Source of the DNA: a virus
IMG/VR virus record: IMGVR_UViG_3300022562_001652
Location: 49,816 to 113,815 of that record
Length of the DNA stretch: 64,000 nucleotides
Direction: 5' to 3' (one strand)
Shown: positions 1 through 9,813 of the stretch, piece by piece
Numbering within the stretch: the first letter of the stretch is position 1
How the letters are laid out: each line of letters opens with the position of its first letter
Translations under genes and position numbers: made by a program
The notes under the pieces: model-generated
Databases searched by the model: none
Told to the model about the DNA's origin: nothing
Seen by the model: only the letters and a program-made list of their open reading frames with translations

Positions 1-245
1 GGACCGAAGAACTCTCTCGAGCCGCTCGCAGCCACGACGACGAAGTCGTCACCCCCTCCTTCAGCGGCCACGCTCTTCGCCCGAGGAAGGTAGACGTTGA
101 GCGCATTCGTGGATCCTAGGTTCCTCACCACAACCTTGCGGGCGAAAGCGGATCTTCCCGTCAAAGGACTTACCATCCGAATATGGGTCACAGCCGACGA
201 CGCCGTTCCCTTGAAGATCGTCTCGTTTCCGTAGAACCCGTACAT
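1..245 (-). CDS. Partial hypothetical virion-module protein (runs off window start)
   Basis: ATG at 245 preceded by GAGGAGG; reads MYGFYGNETIFKGTASS... and stays open to the window edge. Confidence 0.6.
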   Translation of the reverse strand, partial: MYGFYGNETIFKGTASSAVTHIRMVSPLTGRSAFARKVVVRNLGSTNALNVYLPRAKSVAAEGGGDDFVVVAASGSREFFG

Positions 246-260
246 CAGAAACCTCCTCGA

Positions 261-3200
261 CTAGTTGTTGTCTACCCGAAGACTCGTAGACCAGTTAGTA
301 GCTGCGGGTACCGACGGATACGTAACTCCGTATGAGCCATCGTTCGTGAACTCCGTGTACATGACAGGATCCGTGGCAGCCCCTGGTACAGAAGCCACGA
401 TGCGATCGAAGATCAAGCTCCTCACGGTGATCTCGGAACTGAAGAACCACCCTTTGGTGGAGGCGAATTCCCCGCCTGTAACTGTGATCACCTCATCAGA
501 CACACTGACAACCTCAACGGTAGCACTCCCCGAGGCTGCGACGCGTAGTACGAACCAATCCACGTTGAGGGTCCCTGCGGGAGAGTCGATGAACCAGTCG
601 TTACCATGCACGTGAAGGTTGTCGTTTACAGACGCAGTGCCCTCTGCCCAGATGTTCCAGCCATAGGCAGCAACGGACGTGGATGTCACGCTAGACGCAG
701 TTCGATGCGTGTTGTTCGCGATCTTCAGCGAACCAATCTGGAGACCGGTCGTCGAAGACCCAACCTGAAGAAAAGAGCAGCGCGAATTTGAGTCACCGAA
801 ACGGTTTCCTGTGATCGCACACCGCTCCAACACGGATCCGGCATCTACCGTCCCACGGAGCTTCACTCCTGCGTCGATGCACGTGACTTGTTGGAAGTTA
901 GCTCCTGACGAACTTGCACCGAGGAGCTCTCCTACGTTGTTCGCGATCGTCCACCTGTGAACATGTGCGTCGAGCTGGATCAGACGATTCGGTCCTCCGT
1001 CATCCGGATCTGCCGTAGAGCCTGTGTAGACGACATTGTCGTTGGCTCGTCGAAAGGCGTTACCTTCGATCAAGGCGTCTATCTCGTAGGCCACCATGCG
1101 CAATCCGAGCCAGGTTGCCGCGCTCCCGTCGTTCGAGTAGCCCGAGTGAACGTTCCCTCTCCAGGTAGCTCTCGAAACGCCGTCCGTAGTGCTCATGGAG
1201 ATGATAGGAGCTTGGAGACCTGGATAAATCGACAGAGACGCGAAGAACACGTTGCCTTCGACGATGAGGCCACCAAGCGTGAAAACCACGCTATGTGCGA
1301 CAATCGCGAACGTACCGTTCAAGAAAGTGCACCCTCGAACGACGAGTCCAGATACGTCGTAACCAGATGTCTGGAGGGCACCAACCGTGAACCCTACCGA
1401 ACTGAAGGCGCAGCTGTCCACGATGGTGTTGATCGCCGCTACGTCAAAATGGACTCCTCTGCAGCTCGACTGGTTCGATGCTGAAGCACCGACGAAGTGA
1501 GATGAAGAGATCACCAGGTTACCCGCAGTGTTACTCGCACCAGTCACCCGCACCCCGGAGAGGACGTGGTCGAATACGCAGCTAGAAACAACGACGGAAC
1601 CGGCGTCGTACATCCTGACGCCTGTGTAGTTTGCCCTCCCTGCGTCGGTCAGACTCCCTCGAAAACGGCACCCTGTGACGGTCGTACCTCGTCCGAAGTT
1701 ACCATTCCTCAGGTAGATCATAGCCGTGTCGGCCGAAAGGTCCGACCCGTGCTCATACCCGAACACGAAGTAGCAACTGACGAAGCGGCCCCCGCTCCGA
1801 ACCTCGAAGTCGTAATCGATCGTCACCGTCCGCTGCAGACTCCTGTTGTAGAAAGTGCAGCTATCGAACACCACCTCGCAGTTGAAGAGGGTGCCGGACG
1901 CGACGTGCACAGCACTCGTCGCCGTGTCATCGGCCGTATCGAGTGATCCCTCGAAGTAGCAGTTGAAGAAGCGAAGGTGTTCGACGCTCGTAGCACCGGA
2001 AGTAAGGACGCTGGCTCCATCGTTGCTGACATTGCCAAACGAACTGTCGTGTGCCTCGAAGCGACCCCGTACCAGAAAGGCAGTCCCGTCGGCATCGACA
2101 GACAGATTTCGAAGAACCAGAAGGCCCCCGCTAGTGGGGGTTAGTATCTTGCGTCCTCCGAGCTGGATCATGCTGTAGGACGTCGGACCAAGAAGGCCTC
2201 GACGCCATCCCTCCAGCACGACGTCTTCCGTGCCATTCCCCTGATCGAAGGTCACATCGGCCGCGAAGTTGTCCAGCACCACACCAGGTTTGATAACGAT
2301 GGTTCCGCCACCACGCGCAACCACGTCGTTATACGCCGCCTTGAGGAGAAGATCGTCGCTAGCGAAGTCAGACTGATCGAACGTCCCAAAGGAAACCACG
2401 CCGTCTCCGACGGTCACCAGATCCTTCGAAGCACGATCCACAGAATCGAGGCCCCTACGAACCTCGCTGTAGGCTCCGTAGTTAGTGGACTGTTGAGGAG
2501 GATCCACCCCACCAGGCAAGTCGTGCGCCAGCACAGACCAGACGATGGATCCATCGTTGGCGTCGGGCTGGACGGCGTTCTTGTTGTAGACGTCGACGGT
2601 GGTGCTGTTGATGTACCCCGTGATTCTGAAGACGCCGTTGTTCCCAGAGGACGCCGCGCCGGAAAGAGAGAGGCTCTGACCGACGAGTGCAGCGTTCATG
2701 CCAGAAAGTCCGGATATGCGGATGTGGCTCGTCGCCGCTCCGGTAGTGGTGCTAGCGGCAGAACCTGACAGACCACCTTGGTCTGTGAACTTGGCTCGCG
2801 CGAGCTCATAGAGCGTGCCTTGGGAGACGTCGTGGAGTGTTCTAGCAGATCCGCTCGAGGAAGAGCTGCTCGGACGAGCTGTCGGCGGTTTGACCGTTCC
2901 GATCCGGTTCTCAGTCGCTGAGCCGTCGTATGTCACGACGCCAGCAGAATTGGAAGCGATGCCCAGGAACAGCAAAGCCGTCGTCACGCCGTTCACGGCA
3001 TCGGAGGCCACCACCGTCCCTAAGGTTCCTGCCTTCACGTAGATCCCGATCGCCCCTTGGAACCTCGTGTAGGGAGTGATCGTGAATTCCGTGAAGGGGG
3101 AAGTGGCAGGAATAGCTCTTCGCTTGGCTGCCTTGGTCGTGTCGTCGAGGTAGTAGAGGTAGACCTGGTAAGAGGCCCCACCAGCAGGAATCGCTACGGT

Positions 3201-3500
3201 GATGGCCGTCCCCTCAGGCTTGATCAGAGTCCGGCCGTCGGAATCAAGACCGACGAGCAACGTGGAATCCACACGAAGCAAACCATCGGTTCCAGAGGTC
3301 GGGTTGACTGTGATCGACCCGCCTGCCAAGAGCATCCCCACAGGAGCAGCGGAAGAAGCCAAAGGCGTGGCCAAGACAGCCTTCGAGGAGGCGTCTGCGT
3401 AGGCTCGGGCCTGTTGCGACAGGTGGTCGGCGTCTACATGATCGAGACGTTCGTTCGCAACAAAGCGGACTCGCTCAGGGTTTTCGACTTCTCCCGCCAT
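261..3500 (-). CDS. Tailspike/tail fibre with right-handed parallel beta-helix (putative depolymerase receptor-binding protein)
   Basis: 1079 aa; N-terminal baseplate-attachment-like region, GGTIVIKPG cap motif, then many 'xxIxxCxF/NxF' beta-helix repeats; downstream of baseplate genes; AAGGAG RBS. Confidence 0.75.
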   Translation of the reverse strand: MAGEVENPERVRFVANERLDHVDADHLSQQARAYADASSKAVLATPLASSAAPVGMLLAGGSITVNPTSGTDGLLRVDSTLLVGLDSDGRTLIKPEGTAITVAIPAGGASYQVYLYYLDDTTKAAKRRAIPATSPFTEFTITPYTRFQGAIGIYVKAGTLGTVVASDAVNGVTTALLFLGIASNSAGVVTYDGSATENRIGTVKPPTARPSSSSSSGSARTLHDVSQGTLYELARAKFTDQGGLSGSAASTTTGAATSHIRISGLSGMNAALVGQSLSLSGAASSGNNGVFRITGYINSTTVDVYNKNAVQPDANDGSIVWSVLAHDLPGGVDPPQQSTNYGAYSEVRRGLDSVDRASKDLVTVGDGVVSFGTFDQSDFASDDLLLKAAYNDVVARGGGTIVIKPGVVLDNFAADVTFDQGNGTEDVVLEGWRRGLLGPTSYSMIQLGGRKILTPTSGGLLVLRNLSVDADGTAFLVRGRFEAHDSSFGNVSNDGASVLTSGATSVEHLRFFNCYFEGSLDTADDTATSAVHVASGTLFNCEVVFDSCTFYNRSLQRTVTIDYDFEVRSGGRFVSCYFVFGYEHGSDLSADTAMIYLRNGNFGRGTTVTGCRFRGSLTDAGRANYTGVRMYDAGSVVVSSCVFDHVLSGVRVTGASNTAGNLVISSSHFVGASASNQSSCRGVHFDVAAINTIVDSCAFSSVGFTVGALQTSGYDVSGLVVRGCTFLNGTFAIVAHSVVFTLGGLIVEGNVFFASLSIYPGLQAPIISMSTTDGVSRATWRGNVHSGYSNDGSAATWLGLRMVAYEIDALIEGNAFRRANDNVVYTGSTADPDDGGPNRLIQLDAHVHRWTIANNVGELLGASSSGANFQQVTCIDAGVKLRGTVDAGSVLERCAITGNRFGDSNSRCSFLQVGSSTTGLQIGSLKIANNTHRTASSVTSTSVAAYGWNIWAEGTASVNDNLHVHGNDWFIDSPAGTLNVDWFVLRVAASGSATVEVVSVSDEVITVTGGEFASTKGWFFSSEITVRSLIFDRIVASVPGAATDPVMYTEFTNDGSYGVTYPSVPAATNWSTSLRVDNN

Positions 3501-3522
3501 GTGGGGCCTCTCCTTTTCTGTA

Positions 3523-3541
3523 ATTCTACCATCTTCTGGAG
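3523..3541 (-). promoter_or_regulatory. Putative late promoter CTCCA-N5-TGGTAGAAT (extended -10)
   Basis: Intergenic; same layout as CTCCA-N5-TGGTACATT at 34979-34997. Confidence 0.4.
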
Positions 3542-3561
3542 ATGTCCCACTCTTCGCCTTC

Positions 3562-4629
3562 TCACACCACTTCGAAGCGAACCACGACCCCGGCCGCTTT
3601 CAGCACCTCCAGAATGTACTGCTTCGCGATATCCAGGAGACCTTGCCCTTGAAGATAGACACGGTCGTCATGGACAGGCGTCGTGGCCGTGTCCGACTGC
3701 TCATCGGCATCCGCAGGAGACGCTACGACGGCGTAGAACCCTGCAGGAGGCGTCGCTCCGTTCGCTCCAAGCGTAAAAGTGTCCGACGTGTGAGAGAGAA
3801 TCGGATAGAAGATCGCTCCGTCAGCAAGACGCAAGAAATAGCTGGCATACTGATCAGGAGTGAGGGACAGACCAGAATCCGTAAAGGTGTCAGGACCTAC
3901 TGAAGTCGCCTCCCCGGTGACGTACCAGATAGGGGATATGTAGTCCCCTCGATAGCTGGAGGTGCTGTCTCCGGGAACCGTGACGAAGAACAGAGCCCCT
4001 GCCGTAGGCGTGTTCGAGTACGCGGACCCAACGGTGATCTCCGTTTCGTCGGATACGGCGTCGTATGTCGCGGTAGAAATCGTCTGCTCTTCCCAAGCCC
4101 CGTCGATGAGAACAGAACACCCCAAGCCAACGAGGTCGTCGGCCGCCGCGAGCGCGTTGCCCTTGGTCTGGAACACGGTGGTGGTCGCTCCATCAAGCAC
4201 GACCCCCGACCAACCATGGAGGTAGGAGGCCGTCTCGTTCGTCGTTCCCAAGAGATCGAACGGAACCTCGATGATCGTCTCGTTGGGATTCACCTCGTAG
4301 ACGCGCCACGGCCTTTTTCCATCTGTTACCAGGCTCCCCTGAGAACCGAACACTGCCTCGAGAAGAAAATAGAGCGTGGAAAGCAGCGTCTTGGGCCCAG
4401 GACACGCGATCGCCTGGATGATGCGTCTGTAGAGATCATCGTCGAAGGGTGAGAGATCCGGCCTGCGAATCCGGTAGTTCTGCCCAAGGGCTGTCAAAAA
4501 CTTCCCGAGAGACGTGTCTACGAAGAGCATGTCTCTCAGAGAATCGACCGCGCTCTGCTCCTGCTCCGGAATCTCGGTCGAAGGCGGAACGATCGTGGGG
4601 GAGTCAAAGTAGCTACCTGAGGTAGGCAT
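3562..4629 (-). CDS. Baseplate wedge protein (gpI/gp7-like)
   Basis: 355 aa; 'G..L..LG.....R....DD..YR..I' N-terminus and 'KAAGVVV' C-terminus typical of P2 gpI-like wedge proteins. Confidence 0.6.
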   Translation of the reverse strand: MPTSGSYFDSPTIVPPSTEIPEQEQSAVDSLRDMLFVDTSLGKFLTALGQNYRIRRPDLSPFDDDLYRRIIQAIACPGPKTLLSTLYFLLEAVFGSQGSLVTDGKRPWRVYEVNPNETIIEVPFDLLGTTNETASYLHGWSGVVLDGATTTVFQTKGNALAAADDLVGLGCSVLIDGAWEEQTISTATYDAVSDETEITVGSAYSNTPTAGALFFVTVPGDSTSSYRGDYISPIWYVTGEATSVGPDTFTDSGLSLTPDQYASYFLRLADGAIFYPILSHTSDTFTLGANGATPPAGFYAVVASPADADEQSDTATTPVHDDRVYLQGQGLLDIAKQYILEVLKAAGVVVRFEVV

Positions 4630-6579
4630 CTATTCCTCCTCCAATCCAAGAACGGTGATCGGGTATACAGTGAACTCAGGAGGAGCCGGCCATCCCCCAT
4701 CTCTGAGAACCGTGAACTCAAACCCAGGAGTCGCGGAATCTAGAGAAACGACACCGTTGACGACTCCCTGAAAATTCGGCCCAAACTCCGTTCCGTCGTA
4801 CAGAAAGTCCCAACCCGCACGTCCAGCATAGCGAGCTCGCACGAGCATGCGGCGCATGGGCGCGCTACACAGAACGCGGAAGGTGACAGCCGTGTAGCGG
4901 TAGACTGCCTGGCCAAGCGGAGGAGACACGAACTGGACAGTTGGCCTGTTTCCCGACCCTCCGGGGTTAATGCACGTATCGAACGCCGGCTCAGCGACAC
5001 CCCACGAGAACGTTTCGACCGTCAGATGCCCTTCTGAGTCAAAAGCGTAGGCAGTCAAAGACATGTTCGCAGGCCAACCCCCTCGATCAAAACTAAAACG
5101 CCAACCGTTCGTGATGGCCACCAAGGTGGAGTTCGTTATGTAAGCAGGCTCGAAGCCCACACCCCAAACATGAGCGAGCTCCCCGGAGTGCCCTGTAAAG
5201 GTAAAAATAGGAATGATGAACGTGATGTCGTCGTCTACGTCCGTAAAATCGACAATGATGACATCGTCTGGATCTATCGCGCCTTCCGGAGGATCGACGA
5301 GAGTGATGACAGGCGGAGAACCACTGAACTCCTCGGTTCCAGCAAACTCGAAAAAGATTCCGCCGGCTACCACTGTCCCACCATCAAGGTAGACCGACGG
5401 CGCATCGTCCGCGTTGGTTCGCCACAGACCACCAAACCCTGATGTGCCTGTGGAATAGCCCTGTTTCCACCCAGTAGGTGGGTTAGAGGTACCAAAACCA
5501 ACAGCCATGATCAACATACCGTTTGCTCGATCAGACACGGGGTCATCGAGCGTGAAGGAAAACTCACCGTTGGCGTTGACCGTCTCGGCCTTGCTCTGAA
5601 TGATGCCTGTACCACTCCCCACGCTAGGATCGAAGTTGGCCACCTCGATGATACGAAAATCGTGAATCGAGCCTGTAGACGAGCGTGTCAATCGTATCGT
5701 AACCGTCGACGACACAGTTGGGATCGACATCCTCCAGACGTAGTGCTTCCTGGATGTTCCGCTCGTCGCGAACGACTGCTCCACCGTGAAGGTGTACCCC
5801 GTCGCGTCGATCGTCGCAGATTGTGGATGATTGAGGCAGAAGTGAACGAAGTACTGTCTCCCTTTAATCACGTCTACGTTATGGATGAAGACGGTAGAAG
5901 AAGCCGCTCCTGTGTCGAATGCGAAAGCAACGCGGAAACTAACAGGGTTGGCTCCGTGAAGAATCTCCACGGCGATACCACACCATGACGTATTAGGCCC
6001 TGAGGCAGACACTGAACCAGTAGGGTCAATTCCTTCGAGAGCCTGAAGCTCTAGTCTGTTGCTAGACGCCCCAAGCTGTATGTCCAGCGTCTCTGAAAAA
6101 CCCGTCCTAGGAGTAATGGCGGACGTCGTACTGGCAGCAAAGAAAGCAGCTGTACCATTACGCTGATCGGTGCCGGTAAGACCGAAAGAAAAAGAGGTTC
6201 CGGATCCTGTTCCCTTTGTAGCCGTCCCGACAGCGTTAGCCCCCCAAGTACCGGTAGTGTCAACACCGCTCCACCACTGACCACCCCAACCGATCGCCGT
6301 CTGAGAGGCACCAGCATTTATGGTGACGGCGGTCAGTGTGTCCGTGTCCATCATGGTCCGGAAAAGGCACAGCCTTCTAGTAGTGCTGATCAGGACCGTG
6401 TCTATGAAAACCCACGTCTCTCCCCCATTGCCGGTCAGCGTGGGTTGTGCCGGAGTTGTGTCGTTGGTAAGGGTTGCTACAAGACAGACGCAGTTAGCCG
6501 GAAGCGTCATGTTCCCGACGATCGAAGAAACAGACGCCCCGCTTCCAGAACCAAGACTTCCTGAAAAAGGTGCCGTCAT
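4630..6579 (-). CDS. Beta-rich tail/baseplate accessory protein (tandem beta-sandwich domains)
   Basis: 649 aa, Thr/Ser/Gly-rich; two similar C-terminal domains ending 'FSFDRGGWP' and 'FTVLRDGGWP'. Confidence 0.5.
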   Translation of the reverse strand: MTAPFSGSLGSGSGASVSSIVGNMTLPANCVCLVATLTNDTTPAQPTLTGNGGETWVFIDTVLISTTRRLCLFRTMMDTDTLTAVTINAGASQTAIGWGGQWWSGVDTTGTWGANAVGTATKGTGSGTSFSFGLTGTDQRNGTAAFFAASTTSAITPRTGFSETLDIQLGASSNRLELQALEGIDPTGSVSASGPNTSWCGIAVEILHGANPVSFRVAFAFDTGAASSTVFIHNVDVIKGRQYFVHFCLNHPQSATIDATGYTFTVEQSFATSGTSRKHYVWRMSIPTVSSTVTIRLTRSSTGSIHDFRIIEVANFDPSVGSGTGIIQSKAETVNANGEFSFTLDDPVSDRANGMLIMAVGFGTSNPPTGWKQGYSTGTSGFGGLWRTNADDAPSVYLDGGTVVAGGIFFEFAGTEEFSGSPPVITLVDPPEGAIDPDDVIIVDFTDVDDDITFIIPIFTFTGHSGELAHVWGVGFEPAYITNSTLVAITNGWRFSFDRGGWPANMSLTAYAFDSEGHLTVETFSWGVAEPAFDTCINPGGSGNRPTVQFVSPPLGQAVYRYTAVTFRVLCSAPMRRMLVRARYAGRAGWDFLYDGTEFGPNFQGVVNGVVSLDSATPGFEFTVLRDGGWPAPPEFTVYPITVLGLEEE

Positions 6580-6588
6580 TTTTCTTCT

Positions 6589-7467
6589 TTAGACCTCGTC
6601 TGGAAGGAAGTCTTCGTCGCCGAAAAGACCGCCCAGATCGTTGTCGCAGCCTCCGATCGCCGTGAGTAGATTCGCCGTGAGCTCGCCGTAGGTAACATCA
6701 AAGGCAGGAGGCATGAACTGGTGTCTCATGATCTTCGCCTTGTACGTATCGTAGGAGTCCGCCGCCTCGACCAGAGGCTCGAAGACCCGAACGAGCCCGA
6801 CAGCGCCAGAAAGCGTCACCGACGCGTTCGACGCGACGGATGAAAGAGGACTCGTGTGCGGGTTCGTCTGAAGAGAGTCGACGAGCATCGCCGACGCCTG
6901 TGCCGATTCCACGCGTGATCGAATCGCCAGAAAAGGGGACGGATCGGAGAGCTTCGGCGTGAGCGAGGCATGCGTAGCTCCGAAGAAGAAAAGAGAACGT
7001 GAGTAGGCCTTGAAGCTCGACGACCCTGAGGAAGGAGTCGACACGGACGTGACGCCGGTCTGTGTGTTGGCCGTCCCCACGCTCCCTCCAGGAGCGTAAT
7101 ACCCAAACGGGTAGTTGACCGGATCATACAGGATATCCTGCTGCACGCCTCGACAGGCCTCTACGACGCACACCATCGGCTTGGATGCCGAGTAGCTGAA
7201 GACGGACGAGGTAGGGCCTTCTTGATCTTCTTCATCCACACTCACGTAGTGAAGAGCGGTGAAGACGATCTGATCACCTATCTCGATCGGGTTCGGCTCC
7301 ACGACCCATGCAGACGGCGGCGTAAGCACCGTCCCCACATATCCCTGAACGACGATGTAGGCGAAGAGGAGATCTCCGGCCTTCAGGCTCTCAAAGGCAG
7401 GCGTAGCCACCTCTATTGAGGAGCCCACGACGGCGCTAGACGTGCTTCCGAGGAACTTGACCGACAT
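6589..7467 (-). CDS. Tail/baseplate accessory beta-sandwich protein
   Basis: 292 aa; 'AGDLLFAYI...TPPSAW' motif common in phage tail adhesion domains. Confidence 0.45.
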   Translation of the reverse strand: MSVKFLGSTSSAVVGSSIEVATPAFESLKAGDLLFAYIVVQGYVGTVLTPPSAWVVEPNPIEIGDQIVFTALHYVSVDEEDQEGPTSSVFSYSASKPMVCVVEACRGVQQDILYDPVNYPFGYYAPGGSVGTANTQTGVTSVSTPSSGSSSFKAYSRSLFFFGATHASLTPKLSDPSPFLAIRSRVESAQASAMLVDSLQTNPHTSPLSSVASNASVTLSGAVGLVRVFEPLVEAADSYDTYKAKIMRHQFMPPAFDVTYGELTANLLTAIGGCDNDLGGLFGDEDFLPDEV

Positions 7468-9788
7468 CAGAACACGAACACGTTGGCCCCAGTGATGCGG
7501 GCCAACTGGCTATCGGCAACGGGTACGTTGGATGACGGAGACACGATCCTCACGTCCGCAACGTCGCGAAGCGCCTTCGTCCTATGAATGATCTCGGAAA
7601 GAATGATCTCATCCCCCATGCCGAGGTTGTTCACGTAGGCCTGCACCACCTGCTTCACGAGATCGTAGAGAGGGCCAGCCGACACACCGGATCTTGGAAG
7701 AACAGCGATCTGGAAAGTCGGGACAATGACCGTCGGCGCCACCACGAGGACTTTCACCCCGTGAGAGCGCACACCCATGAAGTCCGCGAAGTCGGTCGGA
7801 TCTCCGTTCACAGCCCGCTGGACCAAAGCAGCCAGCCCTTTAGCGAATGAGTAAGCTCCAACACTAGGAGACACGTTGTCGCCCGCCGCCACGACGGCGT
7901 CGTGGTCCAGGAGAGGATCGGCGACCTCCAAGTCCCCGTTGGCCTCGTTGAAGTTGAACCCCTCTCCAGGAACCAGAGGAAGGCTCTTTTCAGAAAAAAG
8001 AACCTGGTAGGGGCCAGATGCCGGCGTGGCTCCTCCTGCGTCGAGCGTGAAGGTATCAGCCGTGTTGGAAACGATCGTCCAGAGATCCTCGTTTGAATCG
8101 AGCAACACACGGTTCGCATGCTCGTTCACGGTCATGGTCTGCGTGGTGTCTACGAGCGTATTGGCGCTGGTACCAGTGCTACTCGAGGAGACGTATGGGG
8201 ACGAGGCGAGATCGAGAACGGCGTACGCTCCAGACGTGGGGGTACCGCCCGAAGCATCCAAAGTGAAGCGGATCGCCGTGTTCGACAGGATCTCGTAGAA
8301 CTGATCGTCCGCCGTTTTGAGGAACATCCCCGCGAAGGCGTCCGTCGTCATATTTTGCGTCGTGTCTTCCAGGTAATTCGTCCCTACGCTCGTGGATTCG
8401 CCACGGTTCACGCTCACGTAGACGCGAGGAGTACGCGACACCAAGGGCTGCTCTTGCACGAGGAAAGGAGCGGCAGCATGAAGCCTCCCTCTCCGATCTC
8501 CGGACGTCGCATTGGAGATGAGCACGTCCCTCCCTGTAAACGTCTCTCGCTCCACGACAAAGCTCGTGGATCCGTCGGAGATGTACAAAAGAGAGGTCCC
8601 AGTGGGAAGAACAGGCTCGATCACCTGTGCGAACCGAACCCTGCTGTTAGACACCTCGTCGTATAGACGAACAACGTGCGTTTCTATAGAGAGCGCCGTC
8701 CTTCCTCCGAAGCTGGCTACGAAGTTCTCGATCCTCTCGGCGTACTCCTCGTCTTTCTCCCGATCGCGGCCTCCGCCTGCAGGAAGCGGGTTAGACACCA
8801 CGGCGCCAGAGAAGGGTGCGGAGGTGATCTTGGAGATCGTCCCAGATCCGACGTTCGTGTCCAACCCGACCACCGAACACAGAGCGTCTACGAGCTCCGT
8901 CCAGAACTCCCCGTCACGAAGAGTGACAGCCTCCAGCGTCTCGAAGGTAACCTGCTTGGAGCTCTCCGTAGCTGGAACGTAGACCAGCGTCCCTGTGCCC
9001 ACCACACGGTCACTTCCGAACGTGCTTTGAACGACCACGGTATCGGCCAGATGTGCGAACGTCGTACCAGAACCCAAGGAAAGCACGTCTCCAGCACGAG
9101 TGAACGTCCGTGCCTCCTCCTGCGCCGTCCCCTGCTCGAAGATCACGGTTCCGGACAGGTTCCACGCTGCTCCGGTCCCAGACGCGAGGGTAGCCGTCAT
9201 GCCGCCGATGCTGATGCCGCTCGCCAAGGAGCTGTGCACGGCCGCGAGAGCGACCTCTCCGTATATGGCGTGCGGGTACGCGAACGCAGCCGGAGGCCAC
9301 ACTCGCGTGAACACATCTCCATTCCTAGTGAAGACCACGCGCTCGTACCGAGCCGTGCCTCTTTCCACGTCCAAGGCACCTGACGAAGGAAAGACGTCAC
9401 CTTCTCCGACACCCAACGTGAAAGTGGTATCGGAAACAAGAACATCTGCAGACAGATGCCCGGATACGAGCAACGTACCGTCCCCGAACGTAACCTTGGC
9501 CGTAGACCCCTCTGCCTGAAGGCGTCGTAGGTTCTTGCGAAGGAGAGTGCCGAAATCCAAAGCCCGACGATCTAGGTCTTCGCCACGACAGCTACGGAGA
9601 CTGAAGAGCTTCGGAATCTTGGACATCTGGACATGGATGTCCGCATCGGACATGGCTGCGGCCTGCATGACGCTGAGGAGCCACGAACCTATGGTGAAGT
9701 CCGAAGTGAGACCCTGCAGCTTGCGAAAGCGCGCGACCATGTTGTCGAGCACTTCCGGGAAGGTCTTGGGTCTATAGATCGTCGTCAC
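7467..9788 (-). CDS. Baseplate J-like (gp6-like) wedge protein with inserted domains
   Basis: 773 aa; 'GEDLDRRA', 'GGRDREKDEEYAERI', 'AYVNNLGMGDEIILSEII' baseplate-J motifs. Confidence 0.85.
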   Translation of the reverse strand: MTTIYRPKTFPEVLDNMVARFRKLQGLTSDFTIGSWLLSVMQAAAMSDADIHVQMSKIPKLFSLRSCRGEDLDRRALDFGTLLRKNLRRLQAEGSTAKVTFGDGTLLVSGHLSADVLVSDTTFTLGVGEGDVFPSSGALDVERGTARYERVVFTRNGDVFTRVWPPAAFAYPHAIYGEVALAAVHSSLASGISIGGMTATLASGTGAAWNLSGTVIFEQGTAQEEARTFTRAGDVLSLGSGTTFAHLADTVVVQSTFGSDRVVGTGTLVYVPATESSKQVTFETLEAVTLRDGEFWTELVDALCSVVGLDTNVGSGTISKITSAPFSGAVVSNPLPAGGGRDREKDEEYAERIENFVASFGGRTALSIETHVVRLYDEVSNSRVRFAQVIEPVLPTGTSLLYISDGSTSFVVERETFTGRDVLISNATSGDRRGRLHAAAPFLVQEQPLVSRTPRVYVSVNRGESTSVGTNYLEDTTQNMTTDAFAGMFLKTADDQFYEILSNTAIRFTLDASGGTPTSGAYAVLDLASSPYVSSSSTGTSANTLVDTTQTMTVNEHANRVLLDSNEDLWTIVSNTADTFTLDAGGATPASGPYQVLFSEKSLPLVPGEGFNFNEANGDLEVADPLLDHDAVVAAGDNVSPSVGAYSFAKGLAALVQRAVNGDPTDFADFMGVRSHGVKVLVVAPTVIVPTFQIAVLPRSGVSAGPLYDLVKQVVQAYVNNLGMGDEIILSEIIHRTKALRDVADVRIVSPSSNVPVADSQLARITGANVFVF

Positions 9789-9813
9789 GCCTGCCTCAGC
9801 TTTCTATTATGCC